Below are positions 38,780 to 50,405 of a stretch of DNA of 64,000 bases, one piece after another (position 1 is the stretch's first letter; every line of letters begins with the position of its first letter). The DNA comes from Anthoceros angustus (Eukaryota > Plantae > Anthocerotophyta), in NCBI GenBank assembly GCA_010909165.1, contig VJWM01000108.1, forward strand, positions 1 to 64,000, given 5' to 3'. Made by a program: the position numbers and the translations under genes. The notes under the pieces were generated by a model. The model saw only the letters and a list, made by a program, of their open reading frames with translations. It made no database searches and was not told the DNA's origin.

Positions 38780-39740
38780 TCGTGAACTGATCGCTAGCCC
38801 TGCAGAAAGCGTGCGTCCTGCACTGTAATCGCTCGCTAACACTGGGAGTCTGCGGTGCGTGCTGCTAAGCACTTCTGTATGTCCAAGCGGAAATTGCAAA
38901 TACAAATGCTCCCAAAAAGTTTAAACACTTGGTTCATGTATGCTGAAAGATGCAGCAAAGAACTCGCATTGTAAACAACACATAGCCTGGTTCGAAAAGT
39001 GGAATGCATTAGCTGTCCGCCACCTCCCACTGCATTCTAAGGTTGTAAAACTGCGGAGCAGGCATTCCTCTCCACGATTCCGACCCAAATTACATCGCCA
39101 GCTGCAAGTAGCCAAGCAAACCGTGCACCATTACCCATCAGACCAACGCCACCGCTTCCAAACGTTTGTCCAAGACCCAGGGCGTCCACCAGCTACAATG
39201 AATAAAAGGGATGCCGGTTCATAGTCCTATGCCCTTCCTTTCAAGACTTGAAAAAAAGATAACGAGGACCTCTGTGCGATCAACCCCCACGGCGGACACT
39301 CAACTACCAAACTGTGCCGGACAAAATGTATGCTGTAGGTGAGGGCATTTTTGTATGCGTAGGCATAAAGTTAAAAGAGAGAACCGACCAGTTTAGGATC
39401 AAGCTTGCCACGATTGATTTGGAAGCACCACAGATACTTGGATATGCTTGTGTGAACCCAATAACGGATGTTGTACTGCCTGCCCAGCCCACAGCCACAA
39501 TCAGTCCACGTCACTGCAACGAGTACTTCAAACCATAAGAAAAACTACAGGGTAGTCGGAACCTGCACCCGACATTCAAACAACTATGGCATCCACCCTA
39601 GCCAGATTGGCAGCGGAGAAACACCTGCAAGTCTCCCACCAGCCTCTCCTTCAGAGCTCTGGGGACTGTCCCCATCATCTTCTCCTGAACGTCGTCGACT
39701 ATTTGCTTCCTGCAAAAAGCCAACACAAGTGTTAGAGTGA

Positions 39741-40216
39741 TCCTGCCAGGATGGTCCGTTATCGATCAAGCTCTTCGTCTTGGACCCTGTTACCGAGCCG
39801 GTGTCAGGAGGCGGCCGGGGTATAGATCTCACGGTGTCCAACTTATGTTTCAAATGCGTGTCTAGTGATGGCCAGGTTTTTAGCCTGTCGCAAGTTTGGG
39901 GCCTGCAAATGCGTTATTTTTTGGTAAGCTTTTATGTTGAAGCCATGACTTGGGAATGCCTTTGCGAGGTGGAGGCGAATTTCCATGCACCGAAAAGGTT
40001 GGTGGCATGCAATTCTTGTATCATGGTTGTGGCTGAGGCCGTGCACGGTATGCAGCCAAGAGTCTCATTGTCGTAAAGAGGTATGACCCTGCACAGAAGA
40101 CGGTGTTGGAGACAACGCTTCCAACGATGCAGGGGTATGTTGGTTTGCGTTGGTGGTCGGCACATGGACCTGTGCTCTGGATAATGGCTATGTATTTCTC
40201 GGATACCTACATGGCT
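39741..40216 (+). pseudogene. F-box paralogue 3, internal/C-terminal fragment only
   Basis: Highly similar to 35342-35810; both ends cut abruptly. Confidence 0.85.
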
Positions 40217-40294
40217 TCTTCCACTCTGAAGGTCTCCGGTTCGAATCCGGGCGCAGCCAAGTTGTTGAAGGCATGGAAAGTTTTTTTTTCTTTA
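40217..40294 (+). mobile_element. tRNA-derived (SINE-like) 3' half with B box and T-tract
   Basis: T-arm tccgg-TTCGAAT-ccggg (B box GGTTCGAATCC at 40238-40248), acceptor-like gcgcagcca, then a T run; no A box or 5' half. Confidence 0.5.
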
Positions 40295-40477
40295 CTCGGA
40301 AAGTGGTTCAGCGCACCAACCCGGTCGACGGCAACAAGTTTTTGTCCCTTATTGCTCGGAAAGTGGTTCAGCGAATTAACCCGGCTCTGCAGGTCAGATA
40401 ACCTACTCGGAACTTGGCACCTATGAAAATGGGCACAGCGTCGTTTATTCTGCCTCTTGTGCCACGGGAATTACAAA

Positions 40478-40900
40478 ATGGCAAGATTTATTGGAGAGCA
40501 GATTTTTTATATTTCGATCAGCAGCTTATTTGTGTTATGCATTATAGACCTAAGTATGTGGCCAGGTGTTATAGCATTAACATGTGCTTCAAAAACAAAG
40601 TTAGAAGATGGTTCTTCGGATTCTTCTTTCAATCTATTAGATTATACGGATCGACCACCAATTCCTCCTTGTCCATGTAAGAAAGTGGAGGATACTAGAG
40701 TAGCTGTATGTCCTCCTCAAAATGTTTTAGTATGTGATTGTTATAAGATAATACGAATTGGAGCTCGATATCCACCTTACTGTCAAAATGTTTTGAATGG
40801 AAATCCTAAATGTCTTCAACGGATATTTATAGTGGGTCCTCCAGAACCTCTATGTAGTTGTCCTAGTCAGTGTAATATATGTCCATCTGCGATACCTTAG
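40478..40900 (+). CDS. Putative secreted cysteine-rich peptide, 140 aa
   Basis: ATG in acaaaATGG context; hydrophobic N-terminus (IFYISISSLFVLCII...GVIA); 12 Cys in the predicted mature part; no stop over 423 nt of AT-rich DNA. Confidence 0.7.
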   Translation: MARFIGEQIFYISISSLFVLCIIDLSMWPGVIALTCASKTKLEDGSSDSSFNLLDYTDRPPIPPCPCKKVEDTRVAVCPPQNVLVCDCYKIIRIGARYPPYCQNVLNGNPKCLQRIFIVGPPEPLCSCPSQCNICPSAIP

Positions 40901-41419
40901 TGTATAGCATAAGATTTTGCTTCTAATGTTGCTTTGTTCATATTTGTTTTAGTTTTGTTGTGTTCACTTATCATTTTTAATCTCAATAAATATTAGGTAC
41001 TTTGATCCGTTTGTAAAGGGAATATCTAGTATTTGAGCATATTAGTCATTGGTTTCATGTTTTTTTACAGCTTTAGTAGATTGGATGCTAAATGTTTCTT
41101 TGAAATTAGATTTATTTAATTCAAAGGAATATTTCTTACCTTAAGATGAAATAATGTATGATTAGGTTTGTACTATCATGGTGAGTAAGAAATGATGATG
41201 ATATAGACCGATGAATATATCTAATCATATCATTGAGGTTATCTAACTTACTCACACCTTGTCCTTTGCGCACCATGTTAACCTATGATGCTTGCTTTGA
41301 ACTCAAAGAGAAGTAGGGGAAGAAAACTCTTCTTATACCTCCAACCATAATGTAACAGTAATGTCATTGTAGTCTATAAGTACGACAGAGTTCCAAACCA
41401 GATTTGTTCCAGTTCTAGT

Positions 41420-41565
41420 TGTAATACACTTAACATATGTGTTAAGGTTTTCAATTATATTACAAGGACGCAATCATATATCCATAACTCATATGTAATA
41501 CACTTAACATATACATTAAGGTTTTCCATTATATTACAAAGAAACAATCATATGTCCATAACTCG
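41420..41565. repeat. Imperfect 2x about 76-bp tandem repeat
   Basis: gtaatacacttaacatat..ttaaggtttt..attatattacaa..caatcatat.tccataactc twice. Confidence 0.75.
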
Positions 41566-42012
41566 CATACTGCAATGTGGCACATTCATACATGCTCTAG
41601 TTTATCCTATTATGTGCAATGCAATATCCACTATCAATCGTTTTGCAAACCTTTAATATCCACCACCAACTTTCTAGGGAAATTTGGCCTATTTATTTGT
41701 GTAAATTATGCACAAATTATCGTGAGGTTGAAAAAAAAGGTACCTAAAGATGTTCTTAAAGTATACTATGTGATTAATCTATATATTCTTTGTGTTGTCA
41801 AGATGCACAAATGAAAAGATCCTAATATTGAAAAAAATACTTCTAGATTATCTACTTTCATAGGTGATTAATATTTTTAACTTTTAAGTACTAAGATCAT
41901 CAAGGCTACCTTTTCCTACCTCCTTGAGATTTTATTTCTATCTGTATATTATGATTAATTTTATTTGTTTATTTAATAAGATAATATTTGGACTGATACA
42001 ATTAGTCGGTTT

Positions 42013-42227
42013 TTTAGCTTCTCTTGGCTCCACTTAGGCTGGGGGAAGGAGGGAAGAGGGAGTTTGTGGTTTGATAAAAGTGGGCATTTAGCTTCTCTTG
42101 ACTCCACTTAGGCTGGGGGAAGGAGAGAAGAGGGAGTTTGTGATTTGATAAAAGTGGGCATTTAGCTTCTCTTGGCTCCACTTAGGCTGGGGGAAGGAGG
42201 GAAGAGGGAGTTTGTGATTTGATAAAA
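42013..42227. repeat. 74-bp minisatellite, about 2.9 copies, G-rich
   Basis: Units start at 42013, 42087 and 42161. Confidence 0.95.
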
Positions 42228-42877
42228 TGTGCTCACTTGCACCCAACTATATGATAGTTTGTGTATAAGATAATTCTCTTGACTTCTCAGCTTTTCAAAA
42301 AACACATCTTGTAATAGATACGATTATCCATCTTTTTAAAATTGAAAAGATGATTTTTCTGGACGAGATATAACTTACAGCTTGAACTACCTACCACAGT
42401 GCTATCATTATGAATACACTTGCACCTCCACATACGCTTGCACACTTGCCGTAGGAATAACTGCATTGCAGGGTCAATCACACACTTCACGTGGGACGTG
42501 TGTGGCAAGCCACTCGTTCTGGCCAGGGGCAACTTCTCTCACCACGTACATTGTTTCGATTCATCAGCATGTAACAGACAAATAATTGGGACGTGAGGCC
42601 CTGCTGGAAGCCCAGATTTCTATTACTAGCTCAGAGAGCATAAACAGGGCTGCCTAATACAGTAGGGTGCAACAAAGGGACGTATAAATTACAAACGGAT
42701 CCTGGAGCCTCAGGGTTGCAACCAGAGGCAGGCGGGAGGGGCAGGAAGGACAGCAGATAAAACACATGAAGATGGCAACCAAAACGCACCTTCTCCTTGC
42801 AAACGAAGTGCGGATTATGATGCAACAGCCACAGTTGTACAGGACATCCTAAATGTACATCCCTAATTATCTTCTGC

Positions 42878-44538
42878 CTAAGTTCTCTGCCTCACCCTGC
42901 GACCGTTTGCATCTGTGCCATCTGACACCAAACACACACTCCTCCTACTTCCGTCTTCATCGACTCCAGCAACTGTTCTTAGAAGCTCCGATTGTAGCGA
43001 GGGACAGCTCTCACGCAAATACTCAAACCCTTCAGAGTGCATAACCTCTGCAACAAGGAATAAAAGCATACACGAATAAGTAAAAAAGGATGCGAACAAA
43101 CGGACAACTCAGAGTCATGCCGGACATTAAGGACCCGGACCAGTAACGGAAGGGGACATAAGGGCATCGCAGCCAACCTGCAAGATGTTGTGCGGCAAAT
43201 TTGAGACATACTGCCTTCAACTGGGAGGCATGGTGTTGTTCAGCGAGGGCCAACGTTGTGGCCACTGTATCAGTGCTAACGTCCTCACACAACTTGGACT
43301 CACACAGCAGCCGCAGCCGATCTAAACCATATCTGTCTGCTGCAGCTAGCAAATGCTGAGCCATCAGGGTGGATGCCGCTGAAGAGCAGCAACCAGTCAT
43401 ATCATTGGTGTCGGGAAAGGCATCCCTGTATATAAAATTCAGCAGTGCCTACACACAAAGTGAAACCAAGTGCAATGCATCACGGAACTTGAAAAAGCAA
43501 AACATTCAAGAGGCCAGCCACATTAAACCGTAAACATAGTGGCCACGTTATAAAACCTGGAAGATAACTGGGGACAATGCTGCAATGAGTCAGGGAGCGC
43601 ACCTTAAACACAGGTGCCCGCATCTCTTCGATGTGCAACTTGCCACAGTTGCGATCCCTAAGAGGACCGTACAACTGCGCTTTGAACACGGGAGAACGAG
43701 CGGCAAGCACAAGCTTGTGCGCATGGAATGTTTCGCCATCCACTTCAAATGTAACATCCGTACCCTCACCGCTCTCAAGCAAGTCACCAAAGTGCTTTCC
43801 CAAATCCGGCTCTGGCACAGGAATATTGTTCAGCTTGGGACCTTGCGTGGACGAGACAACCACACCAACTGTGCAAGTGATGGCAAGGCTGTCATTCTTC
43901 AGGAAGTCTGACAGTTCTAGGACTGCTCGCCTGAAAAAGCGCTTGTAACCCCTGCATCCTCTCTCGACATCAGAACACATACATCCACACATTCGGGCCT
44001 CCAGACCTAGCCAATTCCAGCAACCCTAAGACGGTAGATCTCTGGAAAGCGGCAAGCGAGCAACCAAATCAACTTACCACATGCTGCCGCGATATTTGAG
44101 AGTATAAGGGCCGCTCTCTAGCGACCTCGCGAAGTGGCTGTGCACCTTGTGCTTGCCCTTGCCACTCTGATCCAGCAGAGTGAGCTCGAACAGCGCCCTC
44201 ACGTCCGTGCCCTCGCTGGCTAGGGCGATGAACACGGAGACGTAGAGAGAATTGTCCTCCGCGTTCTTGCCGTCGGGATAGAAGTAGATGGCCCACTGGT
44301 AGCCACCAACGCTAAAGCTCTCGCTAGCAATGTACTTCCCCACCCCCATGCCCTTGGCCAGCGAGTACCCTTGGATAATGAAGTGGTGCGAGCCGTTCTT
44401 GGTCTCGGTGACGGAGCAGGAGCGGGTGGGAATGGAGCCGAGCACACCGGAGGCCGCGGCCGCTGACGACGAGGCGGCTCCCGCTGGCGCCACGGTGCTA
44501 GGCTTCACATCCTGCAGCGCCATGGGCGCTCGAGCCAT
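42878..44538 (-). CDS. BPM: BTB/POZ-MATH domain protein (CUL3 substrate adaptor), 416 aa; exons 44078-44538, 43603-43951, 43178-43448, 42878-43047
   Basis: MATH ([43 protein letters not shown]), BTB ([25 protein letters not shown]), BACK ([13 protein letters not shown]); splice phases are consistent and the frame is intact. Confidence 0.95.
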
Positions 44539-46188
44539 GCACCGGCCGCACTCGCGTCCGGGGTACAGCACAAGGACGGGACGCGGCCAGTAGAAGAGCA
44601 GAGTGCGTGGTTGCGAGGTGAGCCGCTGGCAGACGAGGGCGTGGAGGCTGGCAGCTCTCCAAGGCCTCCATAAAACAAACGTCCGCTACGATAGCTTGCT
44701 GCGGCTTTATGCTCGGCCGACCCGGTCCGGTCCCCACTCTCATCACGAGGCCTCTCTCATCACAGGGTTACCGAGACGAGGGTGACCAAGGGGCTCCCCA
44801 AACGGACTCGGTTCACTTTTTGATTTTTTTTTGTAAGGTGCAACAATACATATGAAGTTCACGTTTAAATTTTATTGCTATCCTCTCGCGCTGAAAATTC
44901 AGATGATCTCTTCCGTTCACTTTCTTCTTTTTTTTTTGTATGGTGTTACAATACATCCCCACGTATCACGAGATTTTATTGAGGTAAAAAACGATGGGAA
45001 AAGCCCATCTAGGAGGGGACAACCAAAGGGGACCAGGGGGTCGAGGTGAAGAGGAGCAACTAAGCTCCCTACCTAAAGTCACCTACCTATCTCGTGCATG
45101 TACTGTACCTAGCTCCCTACCTAAAGTCACCTACCTAAACCCACGTATCTAGTTCAAGTTTGATTGGTATTGTTAACTTACTTCTCTCAATAAAGGTATG
45201 GCGTGCCTTGGGCGATGAACACGGAGACGTAGAGAATTGTCCTCCGCGTTCTTGCCGTCGGGATAGAAGTAGATGGCCCACTGGTAGCCACCAACGCTAA
45301 AAGCTCTCGCTAGCAATGTACTTCCCACCCCATGCCCTTGGCCAGCGAGTACCCTTGGATAATGAAGTGGTGCGAGCCGTTCTTGGTCTCGGTGACGGAG
45401 CAGGAGCGGGTGGGAATGGAGCCGAGCACACCGGAGGCCGCGGCCGCTGACGACGAGGCGGCTCCCGCTGGCGCCACGGTGCTAGGCTTCACATCCTGCA
45501 GCGCCATGGGCGCTCGAGCCATGCACCGGCCGCACTCGCGTCCGGGGTACAGCACAAGGACGGGACGCGGCCAGTAGAAGAGCAGAGTGCGTGGTTGCGA
45601 GGTGAGCCGCTGGCAGACGAGGGCGTGGAGGCTGGCAGCTCCAAGGCCTCCATAAAACAAACGTCCGCTACGATAGCTTGCTGCGGCTTTATGCTCAGCC
45701 GACCCGGTCCGGTCCCCACCTCATCACGAGGCCTCTCTCATCACAGGGTTACCGAGACGAGGGTGACCAAGGGGCTCCCAAACGGACTCAGTTCACTTTT
45801 TGATTTTTTTGTAAGGTGCAACAATACATATGAAGTTCACGTTTAAATTTTATTGCTATCCTCTCGCGCTGAAAATTCAGATGATCTCTTCCGTTCACTT
45901 TCTTCTTTTTTTTTTGTATGGTGTTACAATACATCCCCACGTATCACGAGATTTTATTGAGGTAAAAAACGATGGGAAAAGCCCATCTAGGAGGGGACAA
46001 CCAAAGGGGACCAGGGGGTCGAGGTGAAGAGGAGCAACTAAGCTCCCTACCTAAAGTCACCTACCTATCTCGTGCATGTCACCTAGCTCCCTACCTAAAG
46101 TCACCTACCTAAACCCACGTATCTAGTTCAAGTTTGATTGGTATTGTTAACTTACTTCTCTCAATAAAGGTATGGCGTCTGCTTGGGC
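44223..46188. repeat. Tandem duplication, about 0.98 kb unit (BPM promoter plus 5' part of exon 1)
   Basis: 44223-45209 versus 45210-46188; GGGC at all three junction positions. Confidence 0.95.
44970..45024 (-). mobile_element. Short 3'-end remnant of the CRE-like family (duplicated near 45950-46005)
   Basis: Minus strand ggttgtcccct..tagatgggcttttcccatc..tttt..aataaaatctc resembles the family 3' end. Confidence 0.45.
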
Positions 46189-46320
46189 AGTATGACTTTA
46201 CCTTTCTTCCCTACTGGTATAATCATACTTTACCTTTCTTCCCTACTGGTATAATACACACGGTAGTACCCTCGATAAACCCTAAATTTTAATCTCTTAT
46301 GGGATAGCAGATTCTCTACA

Positions 46321-47649
46321 ACAAACACCTGCTGTAGACTGCATTGGAACGATGATGATTAGGCAAACAATAGACTCACGAGGGTTTACTAATGCACAGA
46401 CCTATAGACAGCCATGTCAGAGGTTAGCCAACCAGCATGTCGAAAACTAGCAAATACTTTGCAAAGCCGTGAGTACAAGGACAATGTTAAACTCGTATAG
46501 AACAATAGAATGGACAAGTTTCTAGGCCTGTCTATTAGTATGATCTATTTTCTGAGGTAGCTAAAACAGCTTTGCAATGACATGCCTATGTTGTGAGCCT
46601 CATTAGAAGCAAGGTAAGCTAGTTTGAATAAGGACCCGTAGCCAATATGAACATTGCAGTGCAGAATAGAGGTAAACTACCTTTTAAAGTTTTCATCACT
46701 GATACTCTCTTAGCTATAAGCTGTAAGCAACTACCTTCTAGACATGGAATTGACTATAATTTCATGGAATTGTAGACATGCAATCCCATGTCAGAAAATA
46801 CGATTTCATATCATGCTCAAAACCGTGTTTACAATAGATATCTGATATGTTCTCACTTACCAAAACCTACCACTATAAGCTTCAAACTACCCAAATACAT
46901 GCATGCATGCTACCTATGCCACATGCTATATCTATCTGTCGCGAATGTAAAGTGCTATGCTCCCTTATGTGGGCTAGCACACCAACAAACACTGCTGATC
47001 GCATTGGAGCGATGATGATTAGGCAAACAATAGACTCACGAGGGTTTACTAATGCACAGACCTATAGACAGCCATGTCAGAGGTTAGCCAACCAGCATGT
47101 CGAAAACTAGCAAATACTTTGCAAAGCCGTGAGTACAAGGACAATGTTAAACTCGTATAGAACAATAGAATGGACAAGTTTCTAGGCCTGTCTATTAGTA
47201 TGATCTATTTTCTGAGGTAGCTAAAACAGCTTTGCAATGACATGCCTATGTTGTGAGCCTCATTAGAAGCAAGGTAAGCTAGTTTGAATAAGGACCCGTA
47301 GCCAATATGAACATTGCAGTGCAGAATAGAGGTAAACTACCTTTTAAAGTTTTCATCACTGATACTCTCTTAGCTATAAGCTGTAAGCAACTACCTTCTA
47401 GACATGGAATTGACTATAATTTCATGGAATTGTAGACATGCAATCCCATGTCAGAAAATACGATTTCATATCATGCTCAAAACCGTGTTTACAATAGATA
47501 TACGATATGTTCTCACTTGCAAAACCTACCACTATAAGCTTCAAACTACCCAAATACATGCATGCATGCTACCTATGCCACATGCTATATCTATCTGTCG
47601 CGAATGTAAAGTGCTATGCTCCCTTATGTGGGCTAGCACACCAACAAAC
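46321..47649. repeat. Tandem duplication, about 0.66 kb unit
   Basis: 46321-46984 versus 46985-47649; acaaac at the junctions. Confidence 0.95.
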
Positions 47650-49418
47650 TGTGTTGAGAGAACTTGGACAAATGTTGGGATCAGTCTGGGCTACCTTTGC
47701 ATTCGGTAAACATCGACAATCCATGTTGCCCTGGATTACAAGTCCTTGGCCTCGTTGAAGGGCAACATTTGTCAGCGTCGTACTCTCCATAGAGAACACG
47801 TAGCTTTCGCCGACAATGAGTTTTTTATTATCCCTTATTTCAATGCGGGTTTGGATTTTTAGGTCTGAGTTAAGATAGTTTTAATCCCGATCAGCTGTGA
47901 TTCTACAAAATGTTGTCTTGGATTACTTTACAAGTTATAGGCCCGTAGGCGACTTGCTGCCATTACCGCCGTGTTGCCCGCTGATCTAATAAGCCGCCCG
48001 CTCCTTTTTGTTGTTCGCGATTGATTTCTATAACGGCAGCTTACCCTATTTGTTTATGTACTTAAATCACGCCTTATACTGTCACACATACCCCTCATGT
48101 GACATCCATGTTGAATGTGCTTTAGACAAATCCACATGACACACACTCACATCGTTTGAGGTGGCCACACATATGTTGTGGTGGCGACATCATATGTATC
48201 AAGTAACGGGCATGAGATCCGCTATAGCTTGTAGCTTTGACCTGGTTGTATAGCTATGATCTGCTATCATTGAGTGTCATTTTATAGACTGTGCGGAAGG
48301 AAGACTTTCTTCCGGTGTCTTTCTCTTCGTCTAATAAGGAAACCTATCTCAAGTTCCACTCTTTGTAATCCCTTTACAGTTTCTTGTTATAAATATTAAT
48401 CTAATATTTTTTCGCAAATTTTAGGGTTTAGGGTTGTGATATTTGAGTAGAAGAGTGTGGTTCACAAGTAGTAATTGTAAGACCTAGGTACTTTGCCCTT
48501 GGATGGTAGCGCCATCCAGTCATGTGAAGACTCGTTTATTTGTCAGAACCACAAGTCTATGAGCATAAGGGTTATTGTGTCTTGCAAGCAGTTGGCACTG
48601 AACATGTGCCACAGGTAAAGGTAGGCCTACACTCTTAAAATGCTGTAAATAACCTGTGTTGAATAGATTATCCTATTTGCTATTAAATATTGATCAATTA
48701 TTTTGAATATGTTGCATGTAATTAAGAGCTCGAAAACGACCTTGTCTAGAGAAAGTAGTTAAAGTATCGAGGGTAAAATTAGATGCTGAGGAGGTTCGGT
48801 ACCAAGCCTGAAAATGTGTAACACAGCTTCTGGCTTCTAGTAGGATCTTAGCAAACTTTGAATCAAGGTCTTGTTTTGCAACAAGATCTAATTTTTTAGC
48901 TGGTTATTTCAGCTTTGTTCTTGTATATAGACAGCTCTGAAGATGTGTTCTTTTTATACCTGTTTACTTCCAAGGGATTTTTGGAGAATTAACGTTTTTT
49001 AAAAATTAACACTATTGCTATGTTTCAAAGTCTCATCCCGATACTTTGTCTTCTTAATTTGCAAGTCAATGAACCTAAGTGGGGGAGGGGTTCATTTTCT
49101 ATGTAGTTGATTAAATTATCATCTATGATGGTTGGATGGATGCTTTATAGTTTAGGATTTGTGTTGATATTTAAGTATGATTATGCTATGCAATTTCAAT
49201 ATTTTTCTATTCATTGTTCCACAATTTTGTTTATGATATTATCATTTGGTTTTGCAGATCTATCGGGATTTCAATTTGGCATTCTGCGGATTCGTTGGAT
49301 TTTCACCTCACTGTTCGTTAGCAAGGCCCTGCTCAGTTCGCTCCCGCTCCTTTTGTTTATGAGGAATGAAGATTGTGGTAGTTGTTGCATGGTGCTGTAG
49401 GTGCCTAGGAAGGGGGAA

Positions 49419-49538
49419 GGTCTGACAATCAACTCGGAAATGGTTGAGGTTAAATTCATTATTGATTGGGAGGTCGGGGACGGTCTGACAATCGACTCGG
49501 AAATGATTGAGGTTATGTTCATTACTGATTGGGAGGTC
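49419..49538. repeat. 2x 63-bp tandem repeat
   Basis: ggtctgacaatc.actcggaaatg.ttgaggtta..ttcatta.tgattgggaggtc twice. Confidence 0.85.
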
Positions 49539-50129
49539 TCCAGCCTGTCGTACGATTGTTGGCACCTAAGCTTTGGCTTTGTTGTGTTTTGTGTGGGTTG
49601 GTCCAGTCAGAAGCAGCATTACGGAGTGAGCATGATGCTGTAGGGGATGAGGCCATCGAGTGTGATTGCCTCCACGCTTTGAAAAGGTCCTTGTAGGAAG
49701 GAGTTTAAGGAGCCCTTCCTTTGTTTCTTAAAGAGTGGTAATCCCGAGAAGGTTAGTGATCCTCTACTCGGTTTACCTGGCCACACCATGGATAACCCTA
49801 ACCCGCAACAAATCCTAACCTTAACTCACAAAAACAAAAAAAAAATTGTATCAAAGATTCTTGTATCTCAAATATTGTATCAAAGATTCTTGTATCTCAA
49901 TTGGATTAGTTCAATCCTTTAATTAGACATAGCTTTCATATCTGATGACATCGGCCACGGTGGAAAAACTTATTTTGCGAACCACGATAAAAGCCCGTGG
50001 TGTACCATTGGCGAGAAGAGTATTCCATAGCGGTTACGTGGGTGAAGTCCACAATATCAAACAGAGAAGTATGTAATTCATGAAACCAGTTCGTAGAAAG
50101 TATCTAAGGCATCAAACCAAAAACAAAGC

Positions 50130-50405
50130 CTTGTGGAGAACTCCGGAAAATACCTAGTTATTTAATTTAATTCAATAAAAATGGTCTCATGCACACAACT
50201 CCCCAGGCGGAGACAAGTGTGCCCTAACTCAGGACGACACCATAGGCCACAGCCATCACCTTATGGAGAACTCCGGGGAACACCTAGTTATTCAATTCAA
50301 TTTAATAAAAATGGTAACACGCGCACAACTCCCCAATAAAAATGGTCTCACGCACACAACTCCCCAGGCCGAGACAAGCGTGCCCTAACTCAGGGACGAC
50401 ACCAT
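50130..50405. repeat. Nested about 130-bp tandem repeat with an internal 30-bp sub-duplication
   Basis: cttgtggagaactccgg...ccctaactcagg.acgacaccata twice; aataaaaatgg...cacaactcccc three times. Confidence 0.8.

Noticed and set aside
40217-40258. Functional tRNA gene
   Set aside because: No 5' acceptor strand, D-arm or paired anticodon stem; kept only as a tRNA-derived fragment.
48419-48436. TTTAGGG x2, and AAACCCTAAA near 46277, as telomere remnants or telo-boxes
   Set aside because: Too short to separate from chance in AT-rich DNA.
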